Origin: Eledone cirrhosa
Lineage: Eukaryota
DNA length: 64,000 nucleotides
Assembly (NCBI GenBank): GCA_964016885.1
Contig: OZ024745.1
Span: forward strand, 45,508,001 to 45,572,000
Direction: 5' to 3'
The translations under genes were made by a program, and so were the position numbers. Numbering within the stretch: the first letter of the stretch is position 1; the number at the start of each line of letters is the position of its first letter. The notes below the pieces were generated by a model. The model ran no database searches and was not told the origin of the DNA. It worked only from the letters and a program-made list of their open reading frames with translations. This document shows, one piece after another, positions 56,553 to 64,000 of this stretch.

Positions 56553-56952
56553 TGATGGGATGACAGAGTTCTTTAAGATACTGGCTGGAGTGCTCCAGGG
56601 AGATACATTGGCTCCCTACCTTTTTATCATCGCAGTGGACTATTGTATGCGCCTTGCACTGGAGAAACACCAGGAGTCTGGCTTTACTGTAACACCGGCT
56701 CAAAAGTAACACAGAGGAGACTGAGGTTAGCTGGACATGCTCACCGACATCCGGAGCTGACACTGCACTCAGTGCTCCCGTGGGAGTCCCTGCATGGACC
56801 CACTGGAAAAGGAAGACCAAGGTTAACATATGTTGATGCCCTAAGGACAGACACTGGTATGTTGGAGACGTAGGACATGGCAGTGATAATGAGGGACAGA
56901 GACCGCTAGAGAGAGCTCGTCCATGGATCTCACGAATTTTAACCCGCCCTAG
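56553..56952 (+). mobile_element. RTE-clade LINE fragment with ~550-bp internal deletion
   Basis: Matches the 31484-32752 copy on both sides of a GCTCA junction (56698-56702). Confidence 0.85.
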
Positions 56953-56998
<46 letters not shown>

Positions 56999-56999
56999 G

Positions 57000-57655
57000 A
57001 GTAAGAGAGACAGTTTTATTTATACATCGTTTTATTACATAATTCTGTTATACGTATTTCGAAGATGTCAGAGTGGTTACATAACCTTTTGACATGCTTT
57101 CGCCAGACAGCTCAAGATGTATGGTTTCTTAGTTTTTGATATACTACCGATTTATCGAAGTGTTTATATCGCTATCCAGTAAACATATGAATAGTATCAC
57201 TATTCTAGTATAGGGAGCGGGAGGCTGAATTGCTGCTCGCATTCTAGTGATCATAAATAGGTTAAGGTATCAAATTACCAAAGGGGTCAGTCTCCAGTTC
57301 ATATATTCTATATAGTTGGCTTGGATGATCAACATATTTGTTTGTTAATCTGTTTTAACTTAATTCTATATTTCCATCCTATGCGTTAATTCTTAGAGAA
57401 GGAGATTTCTGTTTAACTATGTATTGATGTATAGTTTAGGAATTTTTTTTTTTTTGGCTTAGATGAGGTTAATGATGTCAGAATTAGCTAACTATATATT
57501 CCAGGAAAGTTTTCGAAATTGTATACATACAGGTATTAAATAGGTTGGAGCGTTTGTTAATTACCTTGTATCTTCTATTGATAATGTTTAGAGTTTCGGT
57601 TGTACAAAGATAACAACCAGGCGATAACAGATCATATAACAGGTGGTTATGCAGA
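57000..57655 (-). mobile_element. highly degenerate Penelope-like 3' remnant
   Basis: Minus-strand traces RPGCYLC, INLI*A and HQYIVK...LRINA upstream of an HHR motif, then (TA)n. Confidence 0.5.
57045..57110 (-). ncRNA. type I hammerhead-like motif with mutated core (CTGGCGA)
   Basis: CTGT-CTGGCGA-aagcATGTCA...TGACATcttc-GAAA-TACGTA-TA-ACAG. Confidence 0.55.
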
Positions 57656-57659
57656 AACA

Positions 57660-58030
57660 CTACACGTTTGGAACGTCTTTAGGGTTTCTGCATAAAGATC
57701 TGTCATTCTTTCGGTGTACCATTTGGTTCTGATCATCAAACAAAAACCAAAGCATTCCAGGCTCTAGATGTTTCAACTTTCTCAACATGCACTTTGCGTC
57801 GTTCAGAGGGTTATCTTTTGTCTTAGCAGTTATGAGTTGGCCTCTCCGCATCACATATGACTTGTATTAAAAGTCTCATGCATAATTCTGCCAATAGTGT
57901 GCCGCGGAAACTCGAGCTCCTTCTCAGTCGCTTTAACTGAATATCTGCGTCTCTTATCGATAATTTTCTGCACATTTCTTACACATTTCGGTGTTCTGAA
58001 TGTATTAGGACTCTTAGCAGGCATTTTATG
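57660..58030 (-). mobile_element. degenerate maT/Tc1-mariner transposase fragment
   Basis: RRGQLITAKTK...KLKHLEPGMLWF...KNDRSLCRNPKDVP resembles RRGQLLTEKAR...KHPAEAQTIWFFSDEK of the element at 59136. Confidence 0.65.
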
Positions 58031-58499
58031 TTTGGGTACTGTACATGAGTGTGTGCACGTTCGTTTATATATATATATGTGTTTGAATCTACGTATATAT
58101 GTGAGTGCGCACGTGTTTGTGTGTAAGTGTTTGCTTGTAGGTGTATGCATGTATGTGTGTGTATGTGAATGTGCGTATTTATATATGTGTGTGTGTGTGT
58201 GTGTGTTTTATATTTTGTAGAAATGTGGAATTACTGCATTTTGTTTTTTAGATTTTAGATTATTCCAATAATATAACCTCCCATCTCTGAAATATCTAAT
58301 TTCTGAAGTTTTACATTTATCGATCTTGCAAATACATAATTTTATTGCTATAAAACATCTGTTTATGAGGTCGAAGACAGAATTATTAAGTGGCCTTATA
58401 TACTTGGATTAGGATTAGTAACACGTTAACCCTTGATATGATATATGATACAAATACATGCAAATAGACACAACATACACAATACACACAGACACACAT

Positions 58500-58536
<37 letters not shown>

Positions 58537-58889
58537 ATATATATATATATATACCGTGGCGGACTGGCCAGGCTGCAGGTTGCCCAATGGCAAAGGGGCC
58601 CCAGGGGCCCATTATAGAATTGCAAGGCCCATTGTAGAATTTTAGGGGGCCAATGCTTTGCTTTCAAAAAATACCTGAAATCTAAGAGAAAGAATAATTT
58701 TTTTTTAAAGTAAATAAAACAATTAAGCAAAGCATTTGGTCAACCAATTCCCCGGCGAATAAATAGAAACCATAATATACGATAGTGCAAATAACTAGAA
58801 TCAGTGGTTGTAGATTCTACTAAATCTAAAGCTTAGTGCATTTGTTCATGAAAACATACATATATAGACACAGACACATATATATATAT

Positions 58890-59084
58890 GAGAAAGTATG
58901 ACCCCGATGGCAGAGCTCAAGCCGTTTCGACGGCTCTTTCTGGACTAAGTCCAGAAATAGCCGTCGAAACGGCTTGAGCTCTGCTGTCGGGATCATACTT
59001 TCTCCTATTACCCACCCTACTACCCTAAGTATTGAGTACTCTGGTGCGTTATGGTCCATCTGGTTCCTTACCACAACGCCTCCG

Positions 59085-59086
<2 letters not shown>
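58890..59086 (+). mobile_element. short palindromic repeat family X, copy 2
   Basis: Hairpin centre CTGGAC-taa-GTCCAG (loop 58946-58948) plus the family tail. Confidence 0.85.
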
Positions 59087-59135
<49 letters not shown>

Positions 59136-59138
<3 letters not shown>

Positions 59139-60429
59139 GGTGTTCGGGATAAATTTGACAGTTTCATCAGCAAAAAAAAAGTGCTTGGTATCTACAAAAT
59201 TTATTTGATTTAAAAGAAATTCAATGGACAAGGAAATTACACTATTGTCAAAGAGTTTTACTCAAAATAACCGCCATTAGCGTCTATTACAGCCTCAATC
59301 CGGGCCCGGAACCTGGAGCAAGCTGATTTTACACTTTCCCTGGGAAGGCCCTCAAAAACTATTTTAATTCTGTCGATTAACTGGGCTTTTGTAGTACTGG
59401 CACAGCGATTGGTGTCTTTCTCTACAGCGCCCCATACATAATAGTCCATCGGGTTAAGATCAGGGGAGTTCGGAGGCCAAACATTGGGACTGGTGTAGTC
59501 GTAAAAATTGGCTGACAACCATTTTTGACTTTTCCCCGAGGTGTGGAAGGGGGCCGAATCCTGCTGCCATAATACGGCCTATTATTGGCTACCCTTGTTA
59601 TCCAGGGCTTAACTACAGTGGTTAGCAATTCCAGCATCTGAATTCAACCTGAGACCCTGTTTGAAAAATGCGGAGGCATCACATCACTCTCGGAGGACAC
59701 ACATCCAAAAACCATGACAGTTTGGGAAAATTTAGTCTGCATGACTCGAGGAGTGTCCTTTGGACTGTATGCAAGTCATCTGTTATTCTGCGTGTTGTGT
59801 TTTTGATCTTGGCAAAAGTTTTTCTCATCAGAAAAGAACCAGATTGTTTGTGCTTCAGCAGGATGTTTCACGTTGCTCAGAAGTTTCTTCGCCTTTGTCA
59901 GATGATTTTCGCGGGCCTTTTCTGTGAGAAGTTGACCTCTGCGACGCTTGTATGAGTAGTAGCGAAGGTCTTCATTGAGTGCAATTTTCATAGTAGAGGC
60001 TGAAACATTCAATTCACGCGACAAAGACCGAATTCCGATGCCAGGGTCCTCCAACACTTTTTTCTGCAAATTTTCGATGAATTCTGCTGTGCGAGAGCAA
60101 TCAGATCTTTTGTTATGTTTCTTTCTTCTAGCCACAGCCTCGTAGTCTCCATTGCAATTCTCCAGTTCATGCCGGATTGTTTTTACAGTGTTCAGGGAGC
60201 ATTGAGCAGCGACCATAATCTCCTTATTTTGATGGCCGGTGCGAATCATCATGATGCAAGTTATTCTCTTCCATGATTCAGGTGACTCCCAGTCATCCAT
60301 TCTCGTTGTCATCACATATATGAATGAAGGAGGGTTTAAACTTTCAAATAAAGCCTAGTAGGCATGAATGAATTTAAAACATCTGAAAAAACAACCAAAT
60401 ATTATTCTGTCAAATTTATCCCGAACACC

Positions 60430-60432
<3 letters not shown>
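59136..60432 (-). mobile_element. full-length but inactivated maT (DD37D) Tc1/mariner transposon
   Basis: 26-bp TIRs CAGGGTGTTCGGGATAAATTTGACAG. WFFSDEKNF motif. QQDSAP...WPPNSPDLNPMDY has 37 residues between the 2nd and 3rd Asp. ORF is split by a stop and frameshifts. Confidence 0.92.
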
Positions 60433-60491
<59 letters not shown>

Positions 60492-60537
60492 CGTAAAATA
60501 AGAAAATTATAAAATTAACTTACTTACTAAAATATCA

Positions 60538-60617
60538 CTTCCAACTAATTAGTTTCTGGAATGGAGTAAATATATTTTTCGAAGAAGACATGGAGAAACA
60601 TTCCGTCGTCAGGGAAG
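60538..60617 (-). ncRNA. type I hammerhead ribozyme (solo)
   Basis: CTTCC-CTGACGA-cGGAATG...CATTCCa-GAAA-CTAATTAG-TT-GGAAG: 5-bp helix I, palindromic helix III. Confidence 0.72.
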
Positions 60618-61117
60618 ACTATTCTCATCTAAGTATCCAGGCAAAGCGTGGACTCTGGAAACTTATTAAAAAATTATTCTGTGGATAGGAAATAGCAAAG
60701 CGTGGACTGAATTCCTAGCCATTGAGAAAATCACTGCCTCTGCGTCTGTGGCAAATTCAAAAAGAATCAATCACGTGACATCGAGGTCAATCAGTGGAAA
60801 GTGGTTTGCTAATAAGACAGCGGCCTGCCTGCTACCATAGCAGCAGTCATGGCCAATATTGCTCGACAAATAATTTGGAGATAATTATAAAGAATTAATA
60901 TCTAGTAACATATATATACATACAGATGCATATATATATATATAGAGAGAGAGAGAGATAGATAGATATATATAATGTATAATAAACAATACATGGGTAT
61001 CTATATATCTATATACACATATATATATACACCACCTTCACCACTAATTGATTTGACAGATGTCTTTAACCCATTGATACCAAATATTATTTGGCCAGTA
61101 GTTAGTGTGTAAATATA

Positions 61118-61234
61118 TTTCGACGGCTATTTCTGGACTAAGTCATACTTTTCCCTATTTCCCACTCTACTACCCTAAGTATTTAGTAATCTGGTGCGTT
61201 ATGGTCCATCTGGTTCCTTACCACAATTCCTTCG

Positions 61235-61235
<1 letters not shown>
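61118..61235 (+). mobile_element. repeat family X, internally deleted copy
   Basis: TTCGACGGCTATTTCTGGACTAAGTC joined directly to the family tail. Confidence 0.75.
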
Positions 61236-61279
<44 letters not shown>

Positions 61280-61404
61280 GCCAATCATTGTAAGTTTGAA
61301 TCTGACATGCAAAAACATATATATATATTTAAATAAAGTAAGCCCAAATCATTGTAGTTTCAAAAATCACAGAGAGAAAGAGAGAGAGGGGTGAATGAGA
61401 TGCA

Positions 61405-62152
61405 ACAGAAATGAAACATGGATTACAGGTTAAAATGTAGTCTAGATAGATGAGAAACAAAACGAGGATGTAGTTTATGGTACACGCAAATGATTTAGAC
61501 GTCGACCTTAAGTAGGAGCAATAACATTAAGAAAGAAATGAACGATACCACAAAACTTTGTTTTGAAAATTTTGAAAGTAGGTTTATAAGTATGAATTTT
61601 CATAAAATTTTTCGTAGTTGACTCCGTAGAGGTAGGTACTAGAGACGGGTTCAATCCTGGTCTAGATGTACGTGTAACCTTTTTCAGTTTTTATTTTACA
61701 ACCAATAGGAAAAAAACTGAAAAGGTTTCCTGGGAACACTACTCCCGACCAGGATCGAACTTCAAACGAGGATCATCATCGTCTATGACTCCTCCAACTA
61801 GGCCACCGAGACTCCTACAAAGATATAATGAAAATTGATAATTATAAACCTACTTTCAAAATCAAATTTAAAAAGAGGAGCTGTCGTTCATGGCTTTCCT
61901 AGAACTATTAATAATATTTTGGGTGGACTTCTGGTCATTATTGAAAGTCTATGGATTTCGCAAAATACATAATATTTTTTACTGGAGATGGTAAGATATT
62001 TTTCCGCAACATTTGATTGCACTGTTCTGTTTCCACTTATGTATTTTTCGAAAATGTTATTTACTCATTATAAAAATTACATGATAGCATTCTAAATGTT
62101 GGTGGGCCCCCTTCATCTTCTGACAACCAACATTTTTAGACCCAGTCCGCCA

Positions 62153-62155
<3 letters not shown>
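61405..62155 (-). mobile_element. inverted, diverged copy of the 4509-5250 repeat
   Basis: Ends CCCAGTCCGCCACTG-(TA)n and is colinear in reverse with 4509-5250. A further fragment lies at about 63742-63802. Confidence 0.8.
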
Positions 62156-62245
<90 letters not shown>

Positions 62246-62246
<1 letters not shown>

Positions 62247-62536
62247 AACAAAGAAAGTGTGGTAAGGAACCAGGTGGACCATACTGCACCAGAGTACTAT
62301 ATACTTAGGCTAGTAGAGGACCCTTTTCCTATATATATATATATATAGGAACCAGTAAGACCCCGACGGCTGAGCTCAAGCCGTTTCGACGGCTAATTCT
62401 GGACAGAATTAGCCGTCGAAACGGCTTGAGCTCAGCCGTCGGGGTCTTACTGGTTCCTATTACCCACTCTACTACCCCAAGTATTGAGTACTTTGGTGCG
62501 TTATGGTCCACCTGGTTCCTTACCACTTTTCCTTCG

Positions 62537-62538
<2 letters not shown>
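62246..62538. mobile_element. repeat family X: minus-strand tail fragment (62246-62330) plus palindromic copy (62347-62538)
   Basis: Same hairpin and tail as 38181 and 58890. Confidence 0.82.
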
Positions 62539-62603
<65 letters not shown>

Positions 62604-62604
62604 G

Positions 62605-62654
<50 letters not shown>

Positions 62655-62658
<4 letters not shown>

Positions 62659-63521
62659 TAAATCGTGTCTGTAGAATCAATCAGATATTAAAATATATAC
62701 TATTTCTTCCTCTAATCAGCATAATTAACCATATACATAATCAAATCCAGCAAGCTTTAAGAATAAATTTTCTAACGGGGAAATCTCCGACAAATAACTG
62801 ACCGCAGCTAGTTCGCGATAACTCCGTTCCATTATTTATCAAACACTTCGGCAGCATGCAGAATCCGATCAAATACATCGTCAACCGCACGTAATTAGTA
62901 GTAAAATTAAACTTAGAAGAAATGCGCACATACCGTAATTATATCTCTACCATGGTTTCTTCCTTGTTTAGGACATCCAAATAATATGGATTTGCTTTGA
63001 GTCAGGAATCATCAGGAGACAAACTCAGAAATAGACATTTAATTTCTCAGACCGAACCCGCCAAATTTAGATTCAAAAATGGCTAAGATCGCTATGTAGC
63101 TGTGTACCAGCCAGAGAGAAAGCGTGTGATTGGCTGCTTACGGCGGGTAGGCATGCTGCTAGAAATCGCAGCCATATATCGCCAAATTTAATCTCAACCG
63201 ATAGGGAGATTATTAAATATAGAGGTTATCACATACATAAAATTAAATTAAATTAAATCAAAGATACATATATGTGTTGCAACTGTTCACTTTTAAGCTC
63301 AATGAAGAATTAATAAATTAAAATCAAAAAATCAGAGCATTATATCATAAATCGTGTCTATAGAATCAATCAGATATTAAAGTATATACTATTTCTTCTT
63401 CTAATCAGCAAAATTAACCATATACATAATCAAATCTAGCAAGCTTTAAGAATAAATTTTCTAACGGGGAAATCTCCGACAAATAATTGACCGCAGCTAG
63501 TTCGCGATAACTCCGTTCCAT
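62655..63521 (-). mobile_element. non-coding partial tandem repeat (689-bp period) containing a hammerhead; retrozyme/pLTR-like
   Basis: Direct repeats 62655-62832 and 63344-63521, (TA)n at both ends, HHR at 62943-63020(-). Confidence 0.72.
62943..63020 (-). ncRNA. type I hammerhead ribozyme
   Basis: GTCTC-CTGATGA-TTCCT...AGGAA-GAAA-CCATGG-TA-GAGAT: intact core, palindromic helix III ACCATGGT, GUA triplet. Confidence 0.8.
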
Positions 63522-64000
63522 ATATATATATATAATTAAATTGAATACTACAACAAAAACAGAACAAGGAGGAACGCAAGGATGTGCGTTTCGTTGAGCG
63601 AACTCACCGTATTCAACTTGAAGTGTTTCAAAAATAGAGAGCTTCCGTCAGGAGAAAACAAGAGTTTTCTGGGTTTTATGGGGAAAGTAATATTGAGAGA
63701 AGAATATTACTTATATTACAGAGGATAATCTACCGAGTAGTGGATTACAGGTTAAAATATAGTCTAGATAGATATGAAACAAAACGAGGATGTAGTTTAT
63801 GGACCATATTTATATTACTAAAATGAATAAAGAGGTCATCGCTCGCCGATGATCCTAATTAATCATTGAACTTTAGCATTTATGGTTCTGTAGACACAAA
63901 GGAATTATGTGCGAGACAGTAAAATAGTTATTTAATGTACGGTATGTTCCATTTGACATTTTTGTTAAACTGCCTATATTGCTCATTTCTAATTATATGT

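Noticed and set aside
53521-64000. Next kinase exon (expected RxPVKW...SDVW-like)
   Set aside because: Not found by eye. It is probably beyond the window or too diverged.

Overview
AT-rich, microsatellite-laden animal genomic DNA. The SINE and repeat content suggests a cephalopod (octopus-like) genome, but this is inference. The only host gene recognisable is on the + strand: four kinase-domain exons (30187-30337, 33643-33750, 46220-46431, 53392-53520) of a RET-like receptor tyrosine kinase. The ORF track misses two of them. The splice phases fit together and the frame is open, but DFG is replaced by NLR and the first Gly of the G-loop is lost, so it is a likely pseudokinase. Everything else is intron or flank filled with transposable elements: a near-full-length Tx1/L1-clade LINE in an (AAT)n array, two R4/Dong-type RLE fragments, three RTE fragments, at least six Penelope-like element (PLE) remnants, a DD37D maT transposon, mariner/MITE relics, a MULE remnant and many SINEs. 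The most striking unexplained pattern is a dense set of type I hammerhead-ribozyme (HHR) motifs with short, mostly palindromic helix III: about a dozen copies from at least 7 sequence families. Most sit in fold-back (inverted-repeat) elements inserted in (TA)n tracts, and one sits in a non-coding 689-bp partial tandem repeat resembling a retrozyme. Nearly all long [12 protein letters not shown] ORFs are microsatellite artefacts. All calls were made by eye, with no database search or RNA-folding run.
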